64,000 bases of DNA from a virus: the IMG/VR virus record IMGVR_UViG_3300023184_000042, positions 32,001 through 96,000 of that record. The stretch is one strand, 5' to 3'. Both the position numbers and the translations under genes were made by a program. Of this stretch, positions 35,946 through 46,800 are shown piece by piece. The notes below the pieces were generated by a model, which did no database searches, was not told the origin of the DNA, and worked only from the letters and a program-made list of their open reading frames with translations. Position 1 is the first letter of the stretch. Every line of letters begins with the position of its first letter.

Positions 35946-37445
35946 ATGATAAGGTACGTAGATAACAGTCTAGATAATTTAAACGACGGCTCTTATAACC
36001 CTGGAGGAGACAATTTAGGAGGAGGGTATGGAGGCGGACGTTCGTCTAATGGCTTCGGAGGATTTTTTGGAGGCTCGACACGTGGCGGCGGTTTAGGAGG
36101 TTCTTTCATTCCACCTAGACCAGTAGCCACTCCACCAAGACCAATGCCGGTACCTGTAGTAGTAACTCCAACGCCTACTCCAACTAATCCAACGCCTACT
36201 CCAGTAGTAGTTCAGCTACCACCGCCACCGCCGGCGCCAGTAGATATTATAGTTAAACCGGAAGTTAGAGCAGAAATTGAAGCTTCAGCAGCGCAGTTAG
36301 CTAATGATATAGTTAAGCAAATAGTTGATCAACAAAAACCAGCAGAAGGAGGCAGAGTATTTTCTAGATTTGATCCTACAACAGATATAGTTGAAAATCA
36401 AAAAGTATTTTTAACGACAGGATTGTTTTCAAATACCACATACGGAGTTTCAGTTAATGCAGCAACAATGTCTGTAATGTTTACTGGGTCAATTCAAAGC
36501 GCAGCATCTAAACAATATTATTACGAAGCTTGGAATAAGAATTTTAATATTTCAGAAGATGCTGAACCACAATTTTCAGTAGCTTATGGTCATAGAAAAG
36601 GTTCAGGTTCATCAGCTGCGGGTACTGCAAACGACTCACCGAATAGAGCAGTATATTCACAATATAGGCTATTAACACTAAACCCTGAAGATACTCAATT
36701 TACATTAAAAGACGGAACTTCGACAGATTCTATATATGCTATTAACTTTCAAAGAGCTAGAATTTTAGAAAAAGTAGATCCAGGTAACTGGCAGTTAACT
36801 TTAGGGCAACTTTCAGGTTCGTCAGTAGCAAATAATGTGCATACCGGTTCAAATGTTAAACTAGCAAATAGTCCTGGTTTCGTTTCATTAATTGACGATT
36901 CTGGAGATACTGAACAAGACAATGTAACGACAGTAGGAAGAGTAGTTAATGTAGTTTCAGGCTCTATATTAAATGGAATTTATAATCCTTCATCACCTGT
37001 TTATTATGGTTTAATGTACCCAGATATGGGTATTATTATTTTAGACGGAAATAAATTAAATACAAATCTTTCATTTAATACCGTTACTGGATCTAATATA
37101 GCTGGTGATAATGCATGGAAATTGTATACTTCTATTTCAGGAGCATTTAGTGCAGATCCACTTAATTATTCATTTCAATCAAGAAATTCTGTAGTTAGAA
37201 CATCAGCGCATTATTTTGTAAGAGTAAAAAATACGGAATATAATTTTTCTAATAATCCTACTTTTGTTACTGGTTCTGAAGGAGCTTTTATGCAACCAAC
37301 TTTTTTAGGAGACCCGACAGTGTATATCACTACGGTAGGTATGTATAATGATCGACAAGAACTGCTAGCAGTAGGAAAATTATCTAAACCAATTCAAAAA
37401 TCATTCTCAAAAGAATCTTTGATAAAAGTTAGATTAGATTTCTAA
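35946..37445 (+). CDS. baseplate/tail structural protein, paralog B with Gly-rich/Pro-rich N-terminus
   Basis: Body collinear with upstream paralog. Confidence 0.75.
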   Translation: MIRYVDNSLDNLNDGSYNPGGDNLGGGYGGGRSSNGFGGFFGGSTRGGGLGGSFIPPRPVATPPRPMPVPVVVTPTPTPTNPTPTPVVVQLPPPPPAPVDIIVKPEVRAEIEASAAQLANDIVKQIVDQQKPAEGGRVFSRFDPTTDIVENQKVFLTTGLFSNTTYGVSVNAATMSVMFTGSIQSAASKQYYYEAWNKNFNISEDAEPQFSVAYGHRKGSGSSAAGTANDSPNRAVYSQYRLLTLNPEDTQFTLKDGTSTDSIYAINFQRARILEKVDPGNWQLTLGQLSGSSVANNVHTGSNVKLANSPGFVSLIDDSGDTEQDNVTTVGRVVNVVSGSILNGIYNPSSPVYYGLMYPDMGIIILDGNKLNTNLSFNTVTGSNIAGDNAWKLYTSISGAFSADPLNYSFQSRNSVVRTSAHYFVRVKNTEYNFSNNPTFVTGSEGAFMQPTFLGDPTVYITTVGMYNDRQELLAVGKLSKPIQKSFSKESLIKVRLDF

Positions 37446-37512
37446 AAATTTATAAAATATACCATTAAGTAGACTCTTTGATATTTATATTAAAGAGTCT
37501 ATTTTACTATAT

Positions 37513-39279
37513 ATGGGAAAACCAGGAGTATTTAAAAAAATAAATGATCAAGATAAAACGATCACACCATTCAAGGTTCACAGATCTTGGAGTTATGAAA
37601 CTACAGCATCTTTAGAACAAGACAGTATACGAAGATTAGTAGCTATTAAACCTAATCATGCAGTTTATGACGGAGGAAAAGTTACATTAGATTCATGGCA
37701 AACTCAAGCAGAATCAGCATCACTATTAATTAACCGATCTTTAGATTCTGAGGCGTCAATGGTTTGGTATAGCTTAAATCATTTATATTATAAGCGAGCA
37801 GGCCGGCCGTTTGAAACTTTTGGATATTCAGATCCAGCAGCTATAGAAAGAACTATATTTGACGAAGCTTCTGTAATTTCAATACCTCAAGTAAAATTTG
37901 GAGAAGCAATTCAACCAGGTTCAGTAATATTAAATATACAAAATGCAGTTTCTAAAACAACAATGTCATTAGTAGATGACGGAAAAGGCAATTTAATAGA
38001 TACTGCATTAAGCAGTTCTATATCTAATGAATTGTTATATTTAGGATTTAATGCAATGACTTATTCTCCATTTTGGAATGGAAACCCAACTTCAACTTGG
38101 TATAATGAATTTCCTGAAGTTGTAGCTCCTGTTCAAAATGACACTACAATTCAAGAATTAGAAGTTATTGGTAAAAATCTTTTAATTGTACCTGCAGATA
38201 AAGGATATAATATAATAGGTAAGGCAACTTCATTTCCATATGGAAACACTGTATTATTCAATCAAAATTCATATATACGAATTCCTAATAATGACACTTT
38301 AAATTTTAAACGAAGTGAAGATTTTGCTATTGGAATGTGGTTAGGTCATAACAGTATAGCTTCTGCTCCGAAAACTGGCAGTATCTTAACTAAACGAACT
38401 ACTACAAAGAAAAATATAAAAACTGCTAAAGGAATAAATCAATTAGCTGATTATAATTTTCCAATAAGTCAATATCCATATGACATTAGAGTTTTCAGTG
38501 GATCTACATTAGAATGTAGAACATCTGACGGCTCACAAATAACTTCAATTACTAGTTCATTACCTCCTAATAATCTTAATCATATACTATTACAAAAAAC
38601 AGGTTCTAATTTTCAATTGTATGTTAATGGAGCTTTACAAGGATCTAAAACAATGTCTAATGAAAATATTCATAATGAAGCTGATATATTTATAGGTTCG
38701 TTAGGATTAACAAATACAGGAGCTGTAAATCAAGGATATAATGGTTCTTTAGATGAAGTTATAGTATTTAGTAAAGGATTAAATCAAACAGAAATCAGTC
38801 AATTATGTTATACAGGATCTTTAAATTTAATGACTACTAATACAAATGCAGTTGGTAATGTATTTTACGAACATGGAATGGTAGTAATTTCAGATCCTAG
38901 AACAAAATATACTTCAGGCTCATTTAAGTTATTTAATGATGCTTTATATAATTACAAAACAGGTCAGCAGCAATCTGGATGTTTAGATCAATTTTATTTT
39001 GAATATAATTCAACAGTAACTTTATATGAACATGAATATGTATGCAGAGCAAAAGAAGATGAATTTAATTTTACTTCTAACGCTACTATAAGACAAAATA
39101 ACGATGAAAATTCAGAAATTCCTAAAGATTTTGTATCTAACGAACATTTTGCTCCTTATATAACGACAGTAGGATTATATGACAAATATGGTAGATTATT
39201 AGCAATAGGAAAATTAGGAACACCAATTCACAAACGAGATGATGTCGATCTTAACTTAATTGTTAGATTTGATATGTAA
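37513..39279 (+). CDS. structural protein with LamG domain
   Basis: FQLYVNG, GSLDEV; same C-terminal family as the paralogs (ITTVGLYD..LLAIGKL..RFD). Confidence 0.75.
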   Translation: MGKPGVFKKINDQDKTITPFKVHRSWSYETTASLEQDSIRRLVAIKPNHAVYDGGKVTLDSWQTQAESASLLINRSLDSEASMVWYSLNHLYYKRAGRPFETFGYSDPAAIERTIFDEASVISIPQVKFGEAIQPGSVILNIQNAVSKTTMSLVDDGKGNLIDTALSSSISNELLYLGFNAMTYSPFWNGNPTSTWYNEFPEVVAPVQNDTTIQELEVIGKNLLIVPADKGYNIIGKATSFPYGNTVLFNQNSYIRIPNNDTLNFKRSEDFAIGMWLGHNSIASAPKTGSILTKRTTTKKNIKTAKGINQLADYNFPISQYPYDIRVFSGSTLECRTSDGSQITSITSSLPPNNLNHILLQKTGSNFQLYVNGALQGSKTMSNENIHNEADIFIGSLGLTNTGAVNQGYNGSLDEVIVFSKGLNQTEISQLCYTGSLNLMTTNTNAVGNVFYEHGMVVISDPRTKYTSGSFKLFNDALYNYKTGQQQSGCLDQFYFEYNSTVTLYEHEYVCRAKEDEFNFTSNATIRQNNDENSEIPKDFVSNEHFAPYITTVGLYDKYGRLLAIGKLGTPIHKRDDVDLNLIVRFDM

Positions 39280-39293
39280 TAAAAATAAATGTT

Positions 39294-39701
39294 ATGGCAA
39301 AAAGAAGAGCACCTTACAGCGTAAAAGCAGTAGCAGCAAAATATGGATTCAGAAGTGGTTTAGAAATGACTATCGACGAATCTTTAAAATCAAGGGGTGT
39401 AGACGGAGAATATGAAAAGCATATTATTCAATATACTAAACCTGAAACAAAGCACAAATATCATCCTGACTTTAAATTGCCAAATGGCATTTTTGTTGAA
39501 ACAAAGGGTAGATTTTTGACTGCTGATAGAAAGAAGCATTTACTAATCAAAGAACAAAATCCAAATTTAGATATTAGATTTTTATTTCAAAATTCTAAAA
39601 CTAAAATATCTAAAGCCTCTAAAACTACATATGCAGATTGGTGCATCAAGTACGGGTTTAAATTTGCAGATAAAGAAATTCCAGATGATTGGTTAGTTTA
39701 A
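39294..39701 (+). CDS. endonuclease I / Holliday junction resolvase (T7 gp3-like)
   Basis: FRSGLE, YHPDF, ETKGRF, DRKKHLLIK, TTYADWC. Confidence 0.92.
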   Translation: MAKRRAPYSVKAVAAKYGFRSGLEMTIDESLKSRGVDGEYEKHIIQYTKPETKHKYHPDFKLPNGIFVETKGRFLTADRKKHLLIKEQNPNLDIRFLFQNSKTKISKASKTTYADWCIKYGFKFADKEIPDDWLV

Positions 39702-39738
39702 TTTTGATTATGCGAAAGATTATTATATATTAGTCTTG

Positions 39739-40683
39739 ATGGTAAATACAAAGTTAATTCATTTAATAGATTCGGTTTTAGGAAAGGGTAAAGTTACTAA
39801 TAAAGGTAACCAAGCTCACTCCTGCCCGTTTTGTCACTCTACTAGACGTAAATTAGAAGTGCAGACAGTAACTAATGATAAAGGAGAAAATCCATGGCAT
39901 TGTTGGGTTTGCAATAAGTCTGGAAAAAAGATATCTACACTGTTTAAAGCGCTAAATGTAAGCAGAGATAAAATAGCAGAATTATATAAGTTACTTAACA
40001 CCCAACCCAAATATAGCTCATCTACAAACTCCGCTTATACAGCATCTACGACGGCCCTAGACCTGCCTAAAGAGTATATTCCATTATATAAACATTCTGA
40101 GACAACCGAGTACAAAAATGCTATTCATTACTTAAGATCAAAGCGAAAAATAACTTTATCTGAAATAGTAAAATATGGCATAGGTTATTGTGAGTCAGGA
40201 GAATATGCTAAAAAGATAATCATTCCTTCTTACAACACTGAAGGCAAATTAAATTATTTTGTGGGAAGAGCTTATTATGATGTAGACTTTAAACACAAAA
40301 ATCCAGACGTATCTAAAGATTGTGTTGGATTTGAATTGTTTATAAATTGGGCACTTCCTTTAGTTTTAGTAGAAGGCTCGTTTGATGCTATTGCAGTTAG
40401 AAGAAATGCAATACCATTATTTGGAAAGACGATATCAGAAGACTTACGTAAGAAAATTATTGAAAATAAAGTAAGTCAATTGTATATTTGTTTAGATAAA
40501 GATGCTCAAAAGCAAGCATTGCAGCATGCAGAATATTTCATGAATAATGGAGTTCAAGTTTATTTTGTAGATTTGCAAGAAAAAGATCCTGCTGAAATAG
40601 GATTTGAAAAAATGTGTAGTTTAATAAAACAAACGCCTCCATTAACCTTTGAAAAATTCATTGAATATAAATTATTCGGATAA
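39739..40683 (+). CDS. DNA primase (Zn finger + TOPRIM)
   Basis: CPFC...WHCWVC; LVEGSFDA; CLDKDA; KDPAE. Confidence 0.9.
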   Translation: MVNTKLIHLIDSVLGKGKVTNKGNQAHSCPFCHSTRRKLEVQTVTNDKGENPWHCWVCNKSGKKISTLFKALNVSRDKIAELYKLLNTQPKYSSSTNSAYTASTTALDLPKEYIPLYKHSETTEYKNAIHYLRSKRKITLSEIVKYGIGYCESGEYAKKIIIPSYNTEGKLNYFVGRAYYDVDFKHKNPDVSKDCVGFELFINWALPLVLVEGSFDAIAVRRNAIPLFGKTISEDLRKKIIENKVSQLYICLDKDAQKQALQHAEYFMNNGVQVYFVDLQEKDPAEIGFEKMCSLIKQTPPLTFEKFIEYKLFG

Positions 40684-43600
40684 ATGTATATAGAAAATTT
40701 AGTTACCAACATAGATAAGATAGATAAAATATATCACATAGCTGATATTCACATTAGAAATCTTAAACGGCATGAAGAATATCTTACGGTATTTAATAGA
40801 ACTGTAGATAAAATTAAAAAAACAATAGGTCCAAATGATATTATCTTTTTAGGAGGAGATATTGTACACGCAAAAACGGATATGACGCCTGAATTAGTTC
40901 AATCAGTTCAAGAATTTCTTAAGATGTTTGCTGATTTAGCTCCTACAATATTAATTACAGGAAACCACGATTGTAATCTAAATAATAAATCTAGATTAGA
41001 TGCTCTTACTCCTATCGTAAATGCACTTAATCATCCTAATTTATATTATTTAAAAGAGTCTGGAGTTTACAAATTAGCTGATAAACATTTTACAGTAATG
41101 TCAGTTTTTGATAAACCTAAAGATTTTATTAAATCAGATGAATTTGAAGGAGATTTTAAAATTGCATTACATCACGGAGCAGTAAATAACGCTTTAACTG
41201 ATATAGGATTTAGATTGGTAAATGATCATGTTGATATTGATACATTTAAAGGGTATGATTTAACACTTTTAGGAGATATTCATAAACCTAATCAGTACTT
41301 AAACGAAGAAAAAACTATTGCATATCCAGGTTCACTTATTCAACAAAATTATGCAGAAGCTTTAATTCATGGAATGTTAGTTTGGGATACGAATACATCT
41401 CAAGCAGAATTTATGGAAATTGAAAATGATATGTGCTATTATACTTTAGAAGTTAATGATAGTAAATACGATCCAATTCCAAATGAATTGTCAGACAAAT
41501 TAATTAGATTAAGAATCAAGTCTCAAAACACAGAATCTGCAGATTTAAAATCTATAATAGGAAGTATAAAATCTAAATTCAATGTAGAAGAATATACAGT
41601 ACAAAAAATTAATGATTTAACTCAAAACAAATCTAGGGTACAAAAAATTAATATTGGAGATGTAAGAGATGTAGAGTATCAAAATACGTTAATTACTAAA
41701 TATTTAGAAAATAAATTTACTTTAGAAGATGATGTGTTAGACGGCGTTCGTCATGTTAATAGAACTGTAAATTCAGGATTGCCTACATTAGAAATAAATC
41801 GAAATGTATCTTGGATTCCAAAAAGCTTTGAGTTTGCTAATATGTTTAGCTACGGAAAAGGAAACTCTATAGATTTTACTAACATGAAAGGAGTGTATGG
41901 ATTATTTGCTCCAAACGCAGCAGGTAAATCTACGCTATTAGATGCAATTACATATTGTATATTTGACAAATGTGGAAGAACCTCAAAAGCAGTTGCTGTT
42001 CTAAATAATAGATCTGCTTCATTTACATGTAAATTCAATTTTGAATTAGATGGTAAAAATTACTTTATTGAAAAAATAGGAACAAGAGGAAGAGGTAATC
42101 ACGTACGAGTTGATGTTAATTTTTACTCCGTGGATGATTTAGGTCAAATAACTTCATTAAATGGAAAAGAAAGAAGTGAAACAAACGATCATATTCGAGG
42201 TCTATTAGGAACCTATGAAGATTTTGTGCTAACTGCATTGTCAGTACAGAATAACAATTCAGGGTTTATTGATATGGCTCAAAAAGATAGAAAAGATTTG
42301 CTAGCTCAATTTTTGGATATTAATATCTTTGAAGATTTATATAGAATTGCTAACGATGACATTAAAGAAGTTGCTACGTTAGTAAAGGAATATCAGCGTC
42401 AAGACTTTGGTTCGCAGCTAGCACAAGCAGTTAATGACATTGAGGCATACACAAAAGAGCATAAAGATTATCAAATAGACAAAAGTGAATTAGAAAATAA
42501 AATAGATACGCTAAATCAAGAAATTCTATCTTTAACTTCTAATTTAGTTCCTGTTGATACTTCAATTACAAACAAAGATAGATTAGATGAATTAAAAGAT
42601 CAAGCTATTTTATTTTTAAGTCAATTAGAAAAAAGCGAATCGGATAAGTTAGGTGAATTAAAAGTATATAAAGAATCTTTAGATGAATTGAAAGAAAGTA
42701 TAAAAGCGTTTAACATCAATGAAATTCAAGCTCGAATTGATGTTCTTGACGGATTACATACCACTGAAAAGAATTTATATGGTCAGGTAGCAAAACTTAA
42801 AGCTGAAGTCAGTAATAAGTTAGACAAAATGAAAAAACTTGATGATTTAAAATATGATGAGAATTGTTCTTTTTGTATGGATAATGTATTTGTTAAAGAT
42901 GCTATTGCTACAAAAGCTTCAATTGAAGAAGATAAAAAACATGCTCAAACTATAGTAGATAATTTACAAATTATCAAAGATAAAATAACTCAACTAAAAC
43001 CTTCTATACAAGAAAAAGAAGATTATAACAAATTAAATCAAGATATTCACAAAAAATCATCTTTGAAATCTTCAATTGAATCTGAATTGCATCAAATTGC
43101 AACTAAACATCATCAAGGTGTTTCTAAATTAAGAGAAGTTGAAACTAAAATTGCAGAATATTTCAAACAGGAAGAAGTTATCAAAGAAAACATGATTATA
43201 AATAGTCAGATAGATTCTTTGAATAAAAAAGTAACTGATTTAAAAGATGAATTAAGTATACTTAATGATGATATTTTAACCTGTCATTCAAAATTATTAC
43301 TATCTGACAAATTAAAAGAAAAAGCTGAAGAGTCTATTTCTAAATTAAAAGACTTAGCACAGCAGTATAAATTTTATCAATACTACTTAGAGGCTGTTAA
43401 TCGAGATGGAATACCTTACGATTTAATTACTTCAGCAGTTCCATATATTGAGCAAGAAATAAATAATATCTTAAGTCAATTAGTTGAATTTAATTTGATG
43501 CTTGAAATGGATGGTAAAAATATTAATTGTTATATTGTGTATGATGATGATAATTTCTGGCCAATAGAATTAACTTCTGGAATGGAAAAGTTTGTTTCTT

Positions 43601-43848
43601 CATTAGCAATTAGAACTGCATTGATAAATGTATCTTCATTGCCTAGACCAAACTTCTTAGCTATTGATGAAGGGTTTGGTGTTCTAGATTCAGAAAACTT
43701 AAATTCAATGTTCAACATGTTTGATTATTTAAAAACTCAATTTTCATTTATGTTAGTAATATCACATATTGATTCAATGAGAGATGTAGTAGACAAATTA
43801 ATTGAAATAACAAAAACCAACGGATCTTCAAAGATCTATTACATTTAG
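40684..43848 (+). CDS. fused Mre11/Rad50 (SbcD-SbcC, gp47-gp46) nuclease-ATPase
   Basis: ADIHI, GGDIVH, GNHD, GDIHK; Walker A NAAGKST; CSFC hook; SGME; IDEGFG; ISH. Confidence 0.92.
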   Translation: MYIENLVTNIDKIDKIYHIADIHIRNLKRHEEYLTVFNRTVDKIKKTIGPNDIIFLGGDIVHAKTDMTPELVQSVQEFLKMFADLAPTILITGNHDCNLNNKSRLDALTPIVNALNHPNLYYLKESGVYKLADKHFTVMSVFDKPKDFIKSDEFEGDFKIALHHGAVNNALTDIGFRLVNDHVDIDTFKGYDLTLLGDIHKPNQYLNEEKTIAYPGSLIQQNYAEALIHGMLVWDTNTSQAEFMEIENDMCYYTLEVNDSKYDPIPNELSDKLIRLRIKSQNTESADLKSIIGSIKSKFNVEEYTVQKINDLTQNKSRVQKINIGDVRDVEYQNTLITKYLENKFTLEDDVLDGVRHVNRTVNSGLPTLEINRNVSWIPKSFEFANMFSYGKGNSIDFTNMKGVYGLFAPNAAGKSTLLDAITYCIFDKCGRTSKAVAVLNNRSASFTCKFNFELDGKNYFIEKIGTRGRGNHVRVDVNFYSVDDLGQITSLNGKERSETNDHIRGLLGTYEDFVLTALSVQNNNSGFIDMAQKDRKDLLAQFLDINIFEDLYRIANDDIKEVATLVKEYQRQDFGSQLAQAVNDIEAYTKEHKDYQIDKSELENKIDTLNQEILSLTSNLVPVDTSITNKDRLDELKDQAILFLSQLEKSESDKLGELKVYKESLDELKESIKAFNINEIQARIDVLDGLHTTEKNLYGQVAKLKAEVSNKLDKMKKLDDLKYDENCSFCMDNVFVKDAIATKASIEEDKKHAQTIVDNLQIIKDKITQLKPSIQEKEDYNKLNQDIHKKSSLKSSIESELHQIATKHHQGVSKLREVETKIAEYFKQEEVIKENMIINSQIDSLNKKVTDLKDELSILNDDILTCHSKLLLSDKLKEKAEESISKLKDLAQQYKFYQYYLEAVNRDGIPYDLITSAVPYIEQEINNILSQLVEFNLMLEMDGKNINCYIVYDDDNFWPIELTSGMEKFVSSLAIRTALINVSSLPRPNFLAIDEGFGVLDSENLNSMFNMFDYLKTQFSFMLVISHIDSMRDVVDKLIEITKTNGSSKIYYI

Positions 43849-43882
43849 ATATTTATTTAAAATAGATATTTAATAAAATGTA

Positions 43883-46800
43883 ATGGCTAAAAAAGAAATA
43901 TTTTACCAAGGGTTAGACGCAATTCCAGTTATAATTGAAGATACTTCATTAACTTCTCCTGATTATTTTAGAGTTACAGACCTACCTACACAATTAAATG
44001 CAGGTACTAATGTGTTTAAATTTAAAGGAAATGTATCTTTATTTCCTGAAAATTCTGCTGTCTATATAGAAATATTAGATGCAAATGGATTACCTGTTTA
44101 TTATGAAGTAGGTATTGATTTAGAATCTCAAGAACAGTTAGCAATTGTTACAGTATTTATAAATCAAGATACTACACCAGGAAATGGAAGTATAATAATT
44201 TGTAGTACATTAAATCAATCTGCTGAAGGTCAAATTTTAGACCCATCTGAAATCAATTTAAGATGGCAAGTTCCAATATATATTGATATATCTAAAAGGA
44301 ATGACGGCGAAATAATATTCAGTGAAATTCCAACTGTAACTGTATCTAGTAATTATAGTCAAGTTTCTGAAATTGAATATAGAGATTTAACTTATAACGG
44401 TAGTTTAGCATCATTAAGAAGTAAAGAGCAAACTCAAACCGTAAAAATGCAGTATGGTGTTGGTAACGCAGCTACGTATTATTATAACAATGATACTCCA
44501 ATGCTTGTACTTAACAATGACAAAGGCCCGTTTGTATTAAATGAGCCAAATAGAGGATTCGTAACTTCTTCTTTAGCTGCTGTCATTAACGTGTCTTCAA
44601 GCTACATAGTCAGTTTAACGCCTAGCACAGCGAGTGTTGATGTAATACCACAGCAAGTATCTTCAAGTGTTATTTCATTTACTGGGTCTGCTATATTTGC
44701 TCAATCATATGCAACTCCTGGAACAGGTAGTCACATAGCTATTTTAAAAGATCCAATGTCATTTGCTATTAATAATAGTAATGACAGATATTATCCTAGC
44801 TCTGCTACAATTAGTAATTTACATGTAACGTATACATTATCTAAAAAAGCTGATAATATATATACATTTGAAAATAAAACTCAAAATACATACAATTCAG
44901 TTAATGTTAATTTTTCTAAATTAACGCCATTAGTAGGTACAGTAGCCAAGATAAGATCTTATTATAAATCTTCAGGTGTAGGTGAATATATGTTATTAAA
45001 TGAAACTGATATCACTCAATATGATACGGAATTCGGATTTAATACAGGTTCATTATCAGCTACATTTGCATTACCAACTACACATAAAGGAGAGAAAATA
45101 GATTTTAAATTTGAATTTATATCTCCTACAGGATTTGTTTCAAAGCAATATGCTGAAATAAAAAATACTACATTTACAGGAGGAAATAGTTATATTGCCG
45201 GCGATGATAATTTAATTACAGGCTCTTTATATGTTGCTGGTTCAACAGGATCTGGAGTTCATATTTCTGGAAAAGGTAATGCTGCTATGATTCGCAGCAT
45301 AGGGTATGAAGGATTTGCAAAAGCAGTTGCAGGTACAGGAAGAGGTGGATTCGTAATTTATTCAGGTTCAGTTCAGCCTATATTAAACGCTTCTGAAAAT
45401 TATTCAGGAGTAGGAATTGAATTGTTTGCAAATACTTCATCATATTTCAAATACACAACTTCAGGTTCAGGATTGTTAGATATTAGAACAGATAAATTCT
45501 TTTTAGGTAGCACTAATCAATTTATTTCCGGAGCAAATGGTAATATTGAAATTTCATCTTCAAATTTTCATTTAGATGCAAATGGAAATGTTAATATGTC
45601 TGGAGATATCAATGCAGTAAATGGTATATTTGAAAATGTATCTATTATTGGGCAAGTGCCTTCAAGCTCTATTGCATCATCTATAAGTAAACAATGGTTA
45701 TTAGAATCATGGGTCACGTCATCTAGCGACAGATTCAATATTCAATTTGCAATTACTTCATCTGGTAAGCCATATAGTTTTACTGCAGGAGGCACATTTA
45801 AAACTGGAATGTTAACATGGACAGCATCTATAGAATCAGGTTCAAAAAATACTTATATAGGATCTTTAGATTCTTCTAAAGTATATGATCCATTTCCTAA
45901 ATCAAGTTATTTGATTGGAGGAAATCCAGATTTAGTAACCCTTGAACCTTATACATCAGCTTCTGTACATGTAAAAAATACATATCCATATTCAGCTTCA
46001 TTCACTTCAATGCTAAATTTTGGATTTACTGGGTCTGCATATAAAGGAGGATATGGGTTTGACTGTAAACCAACACCTCCAACTGGATTTAAAAAATGGG
46101 CCGAAGTTCATGGAACTTATAACTTAAGTTCATATAATGGTATTGGAATGGAAACGACTTCAAGCACCAGCCATAGTATTGTTAATAATCCATTTTATCC
46201 AAATATAGGTACTGCGGATGGTATAGTATTCCCAACCCCACGCGTTAGTTACATACCAAGCTCTTCTTTATATTCTGAATCCAGTTTGCCGTCTTATTTC
46301 AATTCCGGTAGTAGAAATGCAGGAAGAATTCAAACAGATGATGCAGTATATGACGGTGCATATACTTTTTGTATAACTAGCGAAATTATAACTTTAGATT
46401 CGTCATTAATAGGATTAGATTCATATGGAAGATTAATTAATGAACCGCTAGGTATTCAATTTGCTGCTAAATATTGTGCGTTAAGCACATATACAAAACT
46501 ATGGGGAGGATATGTAAGACCTGGAGGTGACCCTTCCTCCTATTCCACCACCAGTAAAACCAGCGGAGCTAGTTATAGACCTATAGGAGCTACATGGCCT
46601 GAATATTGGAAGCGAGATATTAGATGTGAATTAATTGGAATTGACCCAGTCGACGCATCTGAAAGTGTAATACTATCACAAACTCAATCTACAACGGGTA
46701 CCATTAATTGGTCTATGTTTAATATACCTTTATCATTAGCTTTAACAACAGAGACTGAAGATGATATTGGGTCTCAAGTTATTTATAATAAATTTAGAAT

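Noticed and set aside
4625-43848. Inteins or introns in ligase, primase or SbcDC
   Set aside because: Lengths are normal, reading frames are continuous, and no intein splice motifs were seen.
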